From positions 3,840,001 to 3,904,000 of the forward strand of contig OZ250169.1 in assembly GCA_965237955.1 (NCBI GenBank): DNA of 64,000 nt, read 5' to 3'. Below are positions 1-10,763 of this stretch, in pieces. Source of the DNA: Candidatus Marinacidobacterales bacterium (GTDB taxonomy: Bacteria > Acidobacteriota > Vicinamibacteria > Marinacidobacterales > SMYC01). Below the pieces are notes generated by a model. It had not been told where the DNA came from. It was given only the letters and a program-made list of their open reading frames with translations, and made no database searches. Position numbers and translations under genes: made by a program. Position 1 is the first letter of the stretch; each line of letters begins with the position of its first letter.

Positions 1-1059
1 GCTCGGGATGGATCCGAGCACGGTAGCCAGAGGTCGTAGGGAATTGCTAATGAGAGATGTTGAGCTCGACGGAGTTCGGCGAAAGGGTGGCGGACGGCGC
101 GCCGTGCAAAAAAAACGCCAGAAGTCATCGCCAAGATCGAAGAACTCATGAAGCACGACACCGCGGGCGATCCGATGACGGGAGTGAAATGGACGCGGCG
201 GACCACCGACAAGATTGCTTGCGAGCTAAGAAGCCTCGGTGTGAACGTCAGCAGCAAAACCGTCGGTCGACTGCTCAAACAGCTCGGCTTCTCGTTGCGG
301 GTGAACCACAAGAAGCTGTGCGGTGCCACGTCCGAAGATCGCGATACCCAATTCGCGTGTATCGCCGAACTGCGCGAGCGTTTTGCCGCAGCTGGTCATC
401 CCATCATCAGCGTAGACACGAAGAAACGGGAGCTGGTGGGATTATTCAAAAACGGCGGGCAGGCCTGGAACCGCGAGCCGACTCTCGTCAAAGACCATGA
501 CTTCCGTTCCGAATCGAACGGCATCGCAATCCCCTACGGCGTCTACGATCTGCTCGCGAACCGCGGGACAGTGTTCATTGGTACCTCGTACAACACCCCG
601 GACTTCGCCGTGAATGCCATCGAGAAGTGGTGGCGAACGGAAGGACGGCGACGCTATCCTGCAGCCCGTGACCTCGCGATATTGGCAGACGCCGGGGGCA
701 GCAATGGCTATCGGTGTCGGGGTTGGAAGCACGGGCTTCAAACGCGGATTTGCAATCACCACGACATCGCTATCACCATAGCCCACTATCCGTCCGGTAC
801 ATCCAAGTGGAATCCAGTGGAGCACCGTCTGTTCAGCGAGATCAGCAAGAACTGGACGGGCAGGCCTCTCGACAGCTACGAAACCATCCTCAAATACATC
901 CGCACGACCACCACCTCTTCCGGTTTGCGAGTACGCGCACACCTTATCCGGCGTCGTTATCCGAAGGGCGTCAAAATCACTGACGAGCGGATGCAGGCGC
1001 TTTCCGTTACAAAGGACCAGACTCTACCCAAATGGAACTACACCATCCGACCGTCTTGA
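1..1059 (+). CDS. ISAzo13-family DDE transposase (partial; probable -1 frameshift at A8, 108-115)
   Basis: Motifs ISVDTKKRELVG, ADAGGSNG, HYPSGTSKWNPVEHRLFS; upstream frame LGMDPSTVARGRRELL..GGGR joins via A8 to KKTPEVIAKIEELMKHD. Confidence 0.88.
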
Positions 1060-1087
1060 AAACGGGAACTTATTTTGTCGCCGGCCC
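1..1087 (+). mobile_element. ISAzo13-family IS, 5' part outside window
   Basis: Transposase ORF followed by terminal repeat TTATTTTGTCGCCGGCCC (ends 1087) then TAA, closely matching the termini of the element at 30040-30906. Confidence 0.85.
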
Positions 1088-1167
1088 TAAGGGAAAGCGA
1101 CGCCGGAGGCGTTGGCAGTCGCAGAGAAGCGAGGGGAAGCTAGGACAGGTCGAGATTCAAGGCGGGA

Positions 1168-1715
1168 TCACTCGTCGTCGGACTTGAAGCCGATACGTTG
1201 TTTCGACGGAGGAGTTTCCTCCACCAGCTCGCGGATGGCTTCGAAGACGACCCGGAACCTGGCGTCGTGCTCGGCGTATTTTCTCTCGAGAGCTTCGATC
1301 TTATGCGCGAGGTCCTTGTGCGTGGCAAGCAGCTCTCGAAGTCGGACGAACGCTCGCATGATCGCGATATTTACTTTGACGGCCTGGCTGCTGCGAAGAA
1401 CGCTGGAGAGCATTGCAACACCCTGCTCGGTAAAGGCATAGGGACGGCGACGCAGGGCCATTCTCGCGGCGGGCTTGGAGATCACAATCTGTGATCTCCA
1501 AAGTTCCAGCTCCTCCTTCGTGAGCTGGAACATAAAGTCCTCGGGGAATCGCCAGATTGCGCTTTACTGATTGAACGAGAGCTCGGGTCTCGACGCCGTA
1601 GAGCTCGGCCAGGTTGGTATCAAGCATAACCTTCTGGCCGGGGATGAGATAGATGCGGTTTTCAATGACCTCAGATGGGATTGCGATAGGTGGAGATCTT
1701 TTTCGTCTTGGGCAT
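1168..1715 (-). pseudogene. ORF6N-domain DNA-binding protein, frameshifted
   Basis: IENRIYLIPGQKVMLDTNLAELYGVET in one frame, [24 protein letters not shown] in another; shifts near 1550 and 1690. Confidence 0.8.
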
Positions 1716-1734
1716 AACTTTATTTCTTCCTTAC

Positions 1735-1895
1735 GAGCGCGAACCCTTTCAAGAGCTCGCCCGCAAGCTCGCGGATTGGGCGCCTCGGGGAGTACTTGGA
1801 TCGGAGCTCCGTCAGCACCACCGACGAAGACATCGTTTGCAAGGTCAGCTACGCCAATCAGCGGCCCATTCTGTTTCTGCCCGGCCGCCGGAAGA
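1735..1895 (+). pseudogene. Fragment resembling the C-terminus of a DEAD/DEAH helicase
   Basis: PFQELARKLADW..GEYLDR..IVCKVSYANQRPILFLP across frameshifts; recall-based. Confidence 0.3.
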
Positions 1896-1899
1896 ACGA

Positions 1900-2112
1900 G
1901 CACTAGCCCTTCGATACCATCCTGCGTGTCGACCTCGGCTACCACGTCCGCTTCCCGGAGGTTACCCTCCGGGAAATCCGTGAAAAGCTCTTTCTCCAAA
2001 AAATGGACGGTCCCGAAGTCGAGTCGTGCCGCGATATCCGGGCAGAACAATTCGAGAAAGTCCCGAAGGAAATGCCGGGAGAAACTCCTTGAAGAGCTGG
2101 TCGTGTCCCCAT
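1900..2112 (-). pseudogene. Rpn/PD-(D/E)XK transposase-like N-terminal fragment
   Basis: GHDQLFKEFL, DFLELFCPDIAARLDF, LEKELFTD..READVVAEV; frameshifted and truncated; AGGAGG RBS upstream. Confidence 0.65.
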
Positions 2113-2313
2113 CCAAGCTGTACCTCCTTACCTGATACAGACGAGAAAAGGATGGAGCGACCTCCCTGCCAGCGACAAGAATCGGCGGAATTCATTTGCG
2201 CAGTCTCAATGCACTGGACCCTCCCATCCCGAGCCCGGCGTCACCGGCAACGGCACTCGAAACCAGCCAACGTCGCGAGCTTTACCCTTCGTGTTAGCCT
2301 TCGCCCCGAGGCC

Positions 2314-2649
2314 ATGAAAGCCACCCTTTCGATTGAAGCCACCACCTCCGCCGACCGCTGGCTCCACCTCTGGAGCACCCCCGATCTCGCCACCCGAACC
2401 ACCATCGAGTGGTCCCCCCGACTAACCCGAAGCCTCGGCCGCTGCTATCCCGAGCGCCGCCTCATCCGCCTCGCCGCCTTCCTCGAAGAATCCGAAAACG
2501 CTCTCCTCGAAGAAGTCCTCTGCCACGAGCTCGCCCACCTCGCCGCGCGCGAGCTCCACGGCCGACACATCCGTCCCCACGGATCGGAATGGAAAGCCCT
2601 CATGCGCGCCGCCGGATTTGAGCCCAAGACGCGACTTCCGGCGCCTTGA
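2314..2649 (+). CDS. SprT-like zinc metalloprotease domain protein (possibly truncated)
   Basis: EWSPRLTRSLGRC, HELAH (HEXXH), HGSEWKALM; paralog at 46367-46864. Confidence 0.75.
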   Translation: MKATLSIEATTSADRWLHLWSTPDLATRTTIEWSPRLTRSLGRCYPERRLIRLAAFLEESENALLEEVLCHELAHLAARELHGRHIRPHGSEWKALMRAAGFEPKTRLPAP

Positions 2650-2759
2650 AGCGGTGCCGGTGCGGATGTACGCCCACTTAAGCCCATGAGCCAGCCTGGG
2701 CCAGATATCAGGTCGCGAGCCCCGGCTCCAGCAACGCGGAATCCAACGGCTAATCCCTG

Positions 2760-2892
2760 CTAGTCCCCTGGATCTTTGATTACTATACAAAGTTAGGCTT
2801 TTCGCCAGCCCATAAGATTCATAAGATTCATGCACTTAGAAGGGTTTCGGCAAGCTCTGCTTTATCTAGTTTGTTCTGATACAGGGGACTAG
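2760..2892 (+). mobile_element. 133-bp MITE copy 1 (IS630-related)
   Basis: CTAGTCCCCTG...CAGGGGACTAG; near-identical to copies at 6629, 32947, 56222. Confidence 0.93.
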
Positions 2893-3050
2893 TTCCCGGC
2901 GCACGTTGAGAATTCAGTCAAGTTCTCTTAACCTGAGACCGCGTGTGCGGATGTCGCTCCGGGATCCCGTGACAATCGCGAGGCCCAAAAAGTCGCGCGC
3001 AAGTCGATGCACGAAAATGAATCGATAGAGAACTGCCCAGGCTGGCTGTA

Positions 3051-3677
3051 GTGCGTATCTACGTGTACATCCTCAAAGCCGACTCAGGCTTCGCGCCGAA
3101 TCCGTTCTTTGGCTGGTGCACGCTCGCGTGCTGCAAGCCCGCCATCCGGCGAAAGGCGCGTCCAGGAGACTGGATCGTCGGAATTACGCCGAGGAAGCTC
3201 GACAACCATCTCGCTTATGCCATGAGGGTGGATGAGTCGCTTACGTTCGAAGAGTATTGGTCGGATCGCAGATTCAGGTCCAAGCGTCCGCGTTGGCGCA
3301 AAGGAGCACCAATCGTGGATAAATGCGGCGACAACTGTTACGCACCAATAGGCGACGGCGATTTCCGACAACTTCGGTCGCAGCATTGGGATCACAAGAA
3401 CGACCGCGAAGACAAAAGGGGAATGGCCCACGACCTCAACGGCGAGCGTGTCCTGGTCGCGAAACGGTTCTGCTACTACGGCGGAGATGCTGTGCCGTTT
3501 CCCGCGCACGTCGCCTTTCAACCGCCCGCTCGGTTCAACCGCGTGAACTTCACTGATGAGGAGAAGTCGGCTCTCTCCGATTTTTTGAAAGCTCGACCAC
3601 AAGGTATTCGGGGCCAACCGAGGCACTGGCCCACGGACGACACCTCCTGGCAACCGGGAAAGACGCGATGCGGCTAA
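3051..3677 (+). CDS. Nmad2-like (nucleotide modification associated domain 2) protein
   Basis: N-terminal Y..DSGFAPNPFFGWCTLACCKPAIRR..GDWIVG and GDNCY motifs. Confidence 0.8.
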   Translation: MRIYVYILKADSGFAPNPFFGWCTLACCKPAIRRKARPGDWIVGITPRKLDNHLAYAMRVDESLTFEEYWSDRRFRSKRPRWRKGAPIVDKCGDNCYAPIGDGDFRQLRSQHWDHKNDREDKRGMAHDLNGERVLVAKRFCYYGGDAVPFPAHVAFQPPARFNRVNFTDEEKSALSDFLKARPQGIRGQPRHWPTDDTSWQPGKTRCG

Positions 3678-4513
3678 TCTTGAGCCGGAAGGGATTCGAC
3701 TCGTCGAGCGGCGGATGCCCGAGTCCCATTTTCCCGGACGGCTCGATGATCTCCCTTCCGATCCCGGACAAGCGTTCGCCGGTGCGCTACAAAGACCTGA
3801 CCTGGCGCGGGCGCAACCTTGGAGACGTCGTCGCAAAACTGACTCGCGGTAAACAGAGAAGCGACTATCGCGCACACCTCGACCCAGATCTTGCGAGAAA
3901 CCTAGCTCCTCGAAATCCAGGATGGCGGGCAACGTTGGGTCAACACAGAGCCGCTCAAGGTCACCTTCGAAATCAAGGCGTCGGCGTTGGCGACGTCTTC
4001 CTCTTCTGGGGCTCGTTTCAGCCAGTAGACGACGAGTTGAGGAAATTGGGACGGCCAGAACATCATGTTTGGGGCTGGCTGCAGGTCGGCGACGTAGCTC
4101 CAGTCGACGACGTCGTTCGTAGCGGTGGTAGCGAGTGGCGATGGGCCCAAGCCCATCCTCACCTAGCATTCCCGCCAGATCCGACGAACACGCTCTACGT
4201 CGCGAATAAGGCACTCTCGTTGCCAGGCGTAGATGTAGGCGCGATTCGCGGGTTTGGCGTTTTCGAATTCGCCTCGGACAAGCGACGCCTAACCGCGCAA
4301 GGGGCGAAGAATACCTCGGAATGGTCCTTGCCCAGCGGGTTCCTACCGAGCGGACGACCTCCTTTGACGTATCACGGCTCATTAGACCGTTGGACGCTGA
4401 AGGGCCAACGCGCTCATCTGAGTGTCGTCGCAAAAGGGCAAGAGTTTGTCCTCGACCTTGCGGTCTACCCCGAGTTAACAGCGTGGCTCGCGGAGACTAT
4501 CGCGGGAGAGTAG
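3668..4513 (+). CDS. Nmad3-like (nucleotide modification associated domain 3) protein
   Basis: MRLILSRKGFDSSSGGCPSPIFPDG..SLPIP, HLDPDL, GDVFLFWG, GWLQVG, HPH, GQEFV; overlaps upstream gene by 10 nt. Confidence 0.8.
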   Translation: MRLILSRKGFDSSSGGCPSPIFPDGSMISLPIPDKRSPVRYKDLTWRGRNLGDVVAKLTRGKQRSDYRAHLDPDLARNLAPRNPGWRATLGQHRAAQGHLRNQGVGVGDVFLFWGSFQPVDDELRKLGRPEHHVWGWLQVGDVAPVDDVVRSGGSEWRWAQAHPHLAFPPDPTNTLYVANKALSLPGVDVGAIRGFGVFEFASDKRRLTAQGAKNTSEWSLPSGFLPSGRPPLTYHGSLDRWTLKGQRAHLSVVAKGQEFVLDLAVYPELTAWLAETIAGE

Positions 4514-4525
4514 GACTGAAGGAGA

Positions 4526-5239
4526 CTAGCGCACGATTTCCATCAGCAACCCTTTCGAATCCCGAACGGGCTCGTTGGGCACGCGGACCTCTTCCCCTTT
4601 CAAAATGCGCTCCGCGGTCCAACACGCGGCCATTGCGTCCACGATATCGTCCCGAGCCACTTTCGAGCTCCGGTGATTCTCCACTAGCTCCGACGCGTTG
4701 AAGTCGAAAGCCTCTGCCAACAACTCCAGCCGATGTGCAAGGCCCCCTTTGGACTTCTTGCCCTCTTTGACCGATTTGCCACCACTCATTTCGTAAAAGA
4801 CCAGCTCGGGATGGACCTCAACAACCCGCCCCTGCAGTTCAGGAGTCATGTAGTCGTCGACTTCCCGAATCTTAGGAATGATACCGAAGCACTGTTGACT
4901 GATACCCACGGCGTGCGCGGACGATTCGCGATTCAGACGAAGCGCTTCCTCGAAGCTTCGGCCCTTGAGAGCCGGGCGTGCTGGAGCCGAAAAGACGCTA
5001 CTCGAACGAGGGCTTCCAAGAAGTTTTCTCGCCGCTTTGTCGCACTCTCGCCCCCCACGAACCGCCTCGTCCAGAAGTCCGATCGGAACATCGATACACA
5101 GAATCTCGGGCGGGTTCTCCGAGTCGAGAACCACGGAGATCCCGTCCACGACGTCAATCGCTATGCTACGAGAATCCAGCTCGAGCCGGACGACGACCCA
5201 GCCTGCCTTGCAGCCATCGACGCCAGCAATCCAAGTCAT
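4526..5239 (-). CDS. DUF429 family predicted RNase H-fold nuclease
   Basis: IAGVDGCKAGW, IDVPIGL, RECDKAAR, EVHPE, DDIVDA. Confidence 0.85.
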   Translation of the reverse strand: MTWIAGVDGCKAGWVVVRLELDSRSIAIDVVDGISVVLDSENPPEILCIDVPIGLLDEAVRGGRECDKAARKLLGSPRSSSVFSAPARPALKGRSFEEALRLNRESSAHAVGISQQCFGIIPKIREVDDYMTPELQGRVVEVHPELVFYEMSGGKSVKEGKKSKGGLAHRLELLAEAFDFNASELVENHRSSKVARDDIVDAMAACWTAERILKGEEVRVPNEPVRDSKGLLMEIVR

Positions 5240-5251
5240 GGCATGTTTCCC

Positions 5252-6169
5252 TCACCCTCGAAAGACACTGTCGCCGTGCCATTCAAGAAACTCTCGATTG
5301 GGTCGCTCGGCCTCAGTCTTCGGCAGCCAGATCGCGCGCCCCTCGAATCGGTAGTAATGCTTGCCATTGTGGAACTCGTCTCGTAGACGCGAGCTCACGC
5401 GGACTTCGAAATTCGGCGTTACCGTCACGTACCCTTGATCGAATAGGGTGTGGACGTCCGATCGCAAGAGGACGCCGTTATCCACGCTATGCATTCCACC
5501 CACACTTACAGGCTGGATATGGGCGGCTTCCAATACAGGAAGGACCTTCTCACCAGTCACCGCGCACCGTTTCTCATAGATGTCGGTCACCGCGAGTCGA
5601 AACGTTCCCTGACCAAGGCGCTGCTTCACTAGCACAGGATCGCCGTACATGGGAGCTGGCTCGCCAGCGGTGACGGCGTGAGCGACGGTGAGCTTCGCCT
5701 GCACCGCTTCCCAGAGCTCACGGCCGACGTCACTGCTCAAGTCGTACCCTTTCCCCTGGACGATGTTTTTTTTGAAATCAGCCGGAGCTGGGATCCAGTC
5801 CGCTCTGTCCAAGAAGAAGGGTTGCTGCAGCAGGATGCAACCGATGGTGTAATCGTCATGGGGCGCGAGGGATTCTCGTCGGTACTTTTCGATGCGCGCT
5901 CGCATCGCGTCATACGAAGGAGCGCCGTTTTTCTCGCCGAACGCGTCCCATGCGAGGCGCGAGGGCGCTTGAACGAACCGTCCGAAGAAACCGCCGCCTG
6001 CGATGTAATTTTCCGGATGGTGCAGTTTAAACAGAAAGGGATCACCGATATCCAAGCTTCGGAAACGGCGCCCGCCGCTCGGTTGCCAGAAGTTCACCTC
6101 ATCTATGTCCGGTCGGGTGCTCAGAAACGTGTACCAATCCCCGTCCGTGACTCCGACGAACGCCTTCAT
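5252..6169 (-). CDS. HNH endonuclease, putative restriction endonuclease
   Basis: N-terminal GVTDGDW..EVNFWQP..FLFKLH; C-terminal RLGQGTFR, CAVTG, EAAHIQP, NGVLLRSDVHTLFD. Confidence 0.85.
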   Translation of the reverse strand: MKAFVGVTDGDWYTFLSTRPDIDEVNFWQPSGGRRFRSLDIGDPFLFKLHHPENYIAGGGFFGRFVQAPSRLAWDAFGEKNGAPSYDAMRARIEKYRRESLAPHDDYTIGCILLQQPFFLDRADWIPAPADFKKNIVQGKGYDLSSDVGRELWEAVQAKLTVAHAVTAGEPAPMYGDPVLVKQRLGQGTFRLAVTDIYEKRCAVTGEKVLPVLEAAHIQPVSVGGMHSVDNGVLLRSDVHTLFDQGYVTVTPNFEVRVSSRLRDEFHNGKHYYRFEGRAIWLPKTEAERPNREFLEWHGDSVFRG

Positions 6170-6194
6170 CCCTTGCCCACCAAAGTAAGATGCT

Positions 6195-7025
6195 CTACTT
6201 TTTCCAAGTGTACTTGATGGGATTCGCGGCGCCGCGTTTGCGGTATTCATCGGGTACGCGCTTCCCAACGTAGAGCTTCTTGATGTCCTCCGGCGCTTCC
6301 TCCCCAACGAATCCAAGGCGCCGGGGCACACCGTCTCCCTCAGCAAGACCCGGAAAGTTCGCCGCTGTAGCCGGGAGCCAATCGTCTGCCACAAATGCGC
6401 CGATGATCAGGCCCTGCATCGTGGAAAGGATGACTTCAGCTTCTTGCGCCCGCGACTTACTGATCTTCCACGCATAGTGAGTTGCGTCGTACAGCGACGG
6501 CTCGACGGCGCTCCTATTAACACTGATCAATAGAGCCTTGTGCCGGAACACCTGGTTGAGCGGCGTATCGCTGAAGCTGAATGATTTCTTCGGCATGCAT
6601 GACGCCATAGTCGTTACCGCCAGTCCCGCTAGTCCCCTGGATCTTTGATTACTATACAAAGTTAGGCTTTTCGCCAGCCCATAAGATTCATAAGATTCAT
6701 GCACTTAGAATTGTTTCGGCAAGCTCTGCTTTATCTAGTTTGTTCTGATACAGGGGACTAGCGATATTGGTCAGGCCCGGATACGCATCGATCGGAGCCG
6801 CCTCGACGTCGAAGGCGGTCTTGTCGTCCATCCCGTGGCGATGAATGACGTGCGCGATTTCGAATCCCGCAACCCGGATCTCACGGAGGCGTTTGACCTT
6901 GCTGTCGAGTTCGTCCCCTTCCAGGTTGCTCTCGGCACGGGTGTGCGAAAAGACGCGGTTACCCTGTCCCTTGCTGACATAGAAGGTCTCCCCGTTTCAG
7001 GGATCGATGAGCCTGTAAACGTCCC
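6195..7025 (-). pseudogene. LEM-3-like GIY-YIG nuclease, split by MITE, with nonsense codon and frameshift
   Basis: [80 protein letters not shown]. Confidence 0.8.
6629..6761 (+). mobile_element. 133-bp MITE copy 2
   Basis: Same sequence (GG>TT variant), at CTAG; removal restores LTNIASG frame. Confidence 0.93.
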
Positions 7026-7415
7026 AGAGGAACAAGCCCTCGATTGATTCCACGAACTCTGCCCAATCCAAGTAGCAGGCCGTCTGGAGCCGCTCTCATT
7101 GAGTTTGTGAAGCAACCGCGTGGCCTCAACGAGGCCGGTCGCGAGCGCTGCTGTGCCAGCGCCGGCGGACCAGGAGCGATTACCGTCGATTCGTCTGGCT
7201 TTGGTCAGGCGCATCGGTTCCTCGTGAAGCGGAACGTATCGCGTACACTCGAAGCCTAGCACGACTCTTCTTCCGCGCTCGAGTCGCTCTGTCAAGGACT
7301 CGGCGAGCGCAGTGATGTCGGTGCCCTCGTTAGGTGTCGTCTCACCGTCGGGCGGCAAGGCCCAGCCAAATTTTGCGACAGAAATCGAGAAAACGTCCGC
7401 GCAACAAATATCCAT
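7026..7415 (-). pseudogene. Conserved hypothetical (DUF429-like fold) N-terminal fragment
   Basis: CADV.SI..FGWA, VVLGFEC..YVPL, SWSAGAG..ALATGL, GLFLW then abrupt switch to LEM-3 sequence. Confidence 0.5.
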
Positions 7416-7565
7416 CGTACCAGTCGAGCTCACGTCACCGTTTAGAAGTTACTCATAGAAACCGCATCACCATGCCATTCTAGAAACTCGCGATTCGGAC
7501 GATCACTCTCGTGTCCCAAATTTGGATTCGGCTCCGTCATGTCGCTTCCACTTCTCGAAGGTCGA

Positions 7566-10500
7566 CTACTTTGTCCATTCGTCCGAGAGTCGTTCCGCCT
7601 GTTCGAGCACTAGACGAATGGCCTCCTCCTGTTTGTCCGGAGGATACTTGTAGCGGCGTAGTGTGATTCGCACCAAGTTACGTAGCCGCGCTCGCACGCT
7701 CTCGCGCTTCTGCCAATCCACGCTCGCGCTCTTGCGCAGCTTCTCGGTCAGGTCGAACGCGATTTTCTTCAGAAGTTCGTCGCCTAGCTCGCGTACAGCG
7801 CTCTCGTTGTTGGCCAGCGCGTCGTAGAACGCGAGTTCCGAGTCGTTGAGTCCCAACTTCTCACCGCGTTTGGCGGCTTCGCGGAACTCCTTGGCCATCG
7901 CAATCAGTTCTTCGATGACCTGTGCGCTTTCGATCGCGCGGCTGCGGTAGCGGTTCATCGCGGTCAACAGGCGGTCGCTGAACTTCTTCTCGAGGACTAC
8001 GTTGGTGCGGCTGCGCGACTTGATCTCGTCGTTGAGCAGCTTCTGCAGCAGCTCGACGGCAAAGTTCCTCTGCGGAAGCTGTCGCATTTCTTCGAGAAAC
8101 GCGTCCGATAGCAGCCCAATGTCGGGGCGCTCGAGGCCGGCGAGCTTGAAGATGTCCTCCACACCCCCAGCGACCACCGCGTTATCGAGAATCTGCTTGA
8201 GCACCGTGTTCTTGCGGTCTTGCGCCAGCCTCTTGTCGGTCTCCGTCGCTTTGGCGATGACCGTCTTGATGGCCTGGAAGAACGCGATCTCCTCGCGCAG
8301 GGCGATTGCTTCGTCCAGGGTCCCGCAGAGCGAAAAAGCCTTGGTGATCGCGACCACCACATCGAACCAGCGCTTCTTGCCTTCCTCCAACCCCAGTACA
8401 AAGTTCGCCGCGGGTAACAGAAGCGCGGTGGCCTGGGTGCGATAAGCGGCGTAGTCAAAGCCGTGAAGGATACCGCGCGCCACTTCCATCAGCTCCTTGA
8501 GCTTGGCCAGCGCCTCAGCGGTGTCCAACGTCGGTTGGCCCTTGCCGCGGCTCTCGGTGTAAGTCTTGAGAGCTCGCCGCAGCTCGGCCGCGATACCGAT
8601 GTAGTCGACGACAAGGCCACCTTCCTTGTCGCGGAACACGCGGTTGACGCGGGCAATCGCCTGCATCAGGTTGTGGTCGCGCATCGGCTTGTCCACGTAC
8701 ATCGTGTGCAGGCACGGCACGTCGAAGCCGGTGAGCCACATGTCGCGCACGATGACGATCTTTAGCGGGTCCTTCGGGTCCTTGAAGCGCTTCTCCAGCA
8801 GCTTCTTCGAACTTGCGTTGTAGATGTGCGGCCGTAGCTTCGCGTCGTCAGCGGCCGAGCCAGTCATCACGATCCGGACCGCCCCGTCCTCGGGGCTGTA
8901 ATGACTCGGCCTGTCCGCATCCTTGCTCGACACCAGCGTGCCCTTCCAGTGGGGGCGCAGTTCGATGATCGCGTCGAACAAGTCCACGCAGATCTGCCGG
9001 CTCATCCCTACGATCATCGCCTTACCGTGCACGGACGCCACGCGCGCCTCGAAGTGCGTGGCTAGATCCGCCGCGACTTCCTTGATGCGTGGCTCGGCGC
9101 CAACGAGCTTTTCCAGCGCAGCCCACTTGGTCTTGGCCGCCTCGCGCAGCGCGGCGCTCTCCTCGTCCTCGAAGATCTCCTCGACCTGGTCGCTGAGCTG
9201 CTCGATTTCGGCCTGGTTGATGTCCAGCTTGGCCAGACGGCTCTCGTAGTAGATCGGCACTGTGGCGCCGTCGTCCACCGCGTCCTGGATGTCGTAAACG
9301 CTGACGTAGTCCCCGAACACCGCGCGCGTATCCTTGTCGTCGATTTGCACCGGCGTGCCGGTGAAGCCGACGAAGGTCGCGTTCGGCAGCCCGTCGCGCA
9401 GATGCTTGGCAAAGCCGTACTTGTACTTGCCGGACTTCGTGTCCAGCACGGCGCGGAAGCCGTACTGCGAGCGATGTGCCTCGTCGGCGATGACGACGAT
9501 GTTGGTGCGGTCCGTCAGCTGCGGAAACCGTTGTTCATTGGCGGCGGGGGAGAACTTCTGCACCGTGCTGAAGATGATCCCACCCGAGGGGCGACCCGCC
9601 AGCAGCGTTCGCAGCTGCTCGCGGTCTTCGGCCTGCTGTGGTGTCTCCTTGAGCAGAGAGCGCGCACCCATAAAGGTCTGGAACAACTGCCCGTCCAGAT
9701 CGTTGCGGTCGGTCACAACCACCAGGGTCGGGTTCTGCATCTCGGACCGCTGCATCAGCTTGGCCGGCGAAGCACACCATCGACATGCTCTTGCCGGAGC
9801 CCTGCGTGTGCCAGACGATGCCGCCCTTGCGCGAGCCCGGCTCGACCTGCTTGCCATAACTCGCTCGTTCTTCTCGCACCTGGTTTGCTTTCTGCGTAGG
9901 CTGCGTCGCGGCGATGACCGCTACCCGTACGGCTTCGCGTACCGCATGGAATTGGTGGTATCCGGCGATCTTCTTAGTCAGTCCATCATCGCCCTGTTCG
10001 AAGAGGACGAAGTAGCGCAGGTAGTCCAACAGCAGCTCGGGCGCGAAGAAGCCGCGCACCACCTTCTCGAGCTCGAATTCCAGCAGCGGCCGGTCGTTCT
10101 CGTTGTGGATCGTGCGCCACGGCAGGAAGCGCTCGCGGTCTGCCGTCAGCGAGCCGACGCGAGCGTTCAGCCCGTCGGAGATCACCAGCGCCTCGTTGAA
10201 CACGAACAGGTCCGCGATCTCCGTCTTGTAGGCGTCGAGCTGATTGAAGGCCGACCAGATGTCGGCCTGCTCCGCAGCCGGGTTCTTCAGCTCGATGACG
10301 GCAATCGGCAGACCGTTGATGAAGCACACCAGGTCCGGCCGCGGCGGCTGCTTGGTGCCCTGCACCGTGTACTGGTTCACCACCAGGTAACGGTTCCTCC
10401 GCGGATGTTCGAAATCGATCAGCCGCACCCGGTCACCCCGCTTGTCGCCCCCCTGCTCGACCTCGACCGGCATGCCGTCAACGAGTGCCTCGTGAAAGCG

Positions 10501-10755
10501 CCAGTTGCTCTGCACGAGCGACAGCTCGTGCAGCTTCGCCACGCGATGGAGTACCTCGTCGAGCGCCGCCTCCGGCACGCGGGGGTTCAGGCGGTGCAGC
10601 GTTTCGCGCAGCCGCTCCGTGAGCACCACCTGGCGGTAGTCGGCACGCTCGGGCGTTTCTCCATCCGACGCGATGTCCGGACCGTGGCGGTATTCCCAGC
10701 CGGCGTCCTGGAACCAGGTGAGCGCCAGTGCTTCGAGTTCGTTTTCAGTGAGCAT
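7566..10755 (-). pseudogene. hsdR: Type I restriction endonuclease R subunit, one +1 frameshift near 9763
   Basis: [69 protein letters not shown]. Confidence 0.93.
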
Positions 10756-10763
10756 CTCGCCGG

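Noticed and set aside
2422-2835. Recurrent N-terminus MHESYESYGLAKS in three ORFs as a protein family
   Set aside because: It is the translation of the MITE end from a GTG; this ORF is antisense to SprT.
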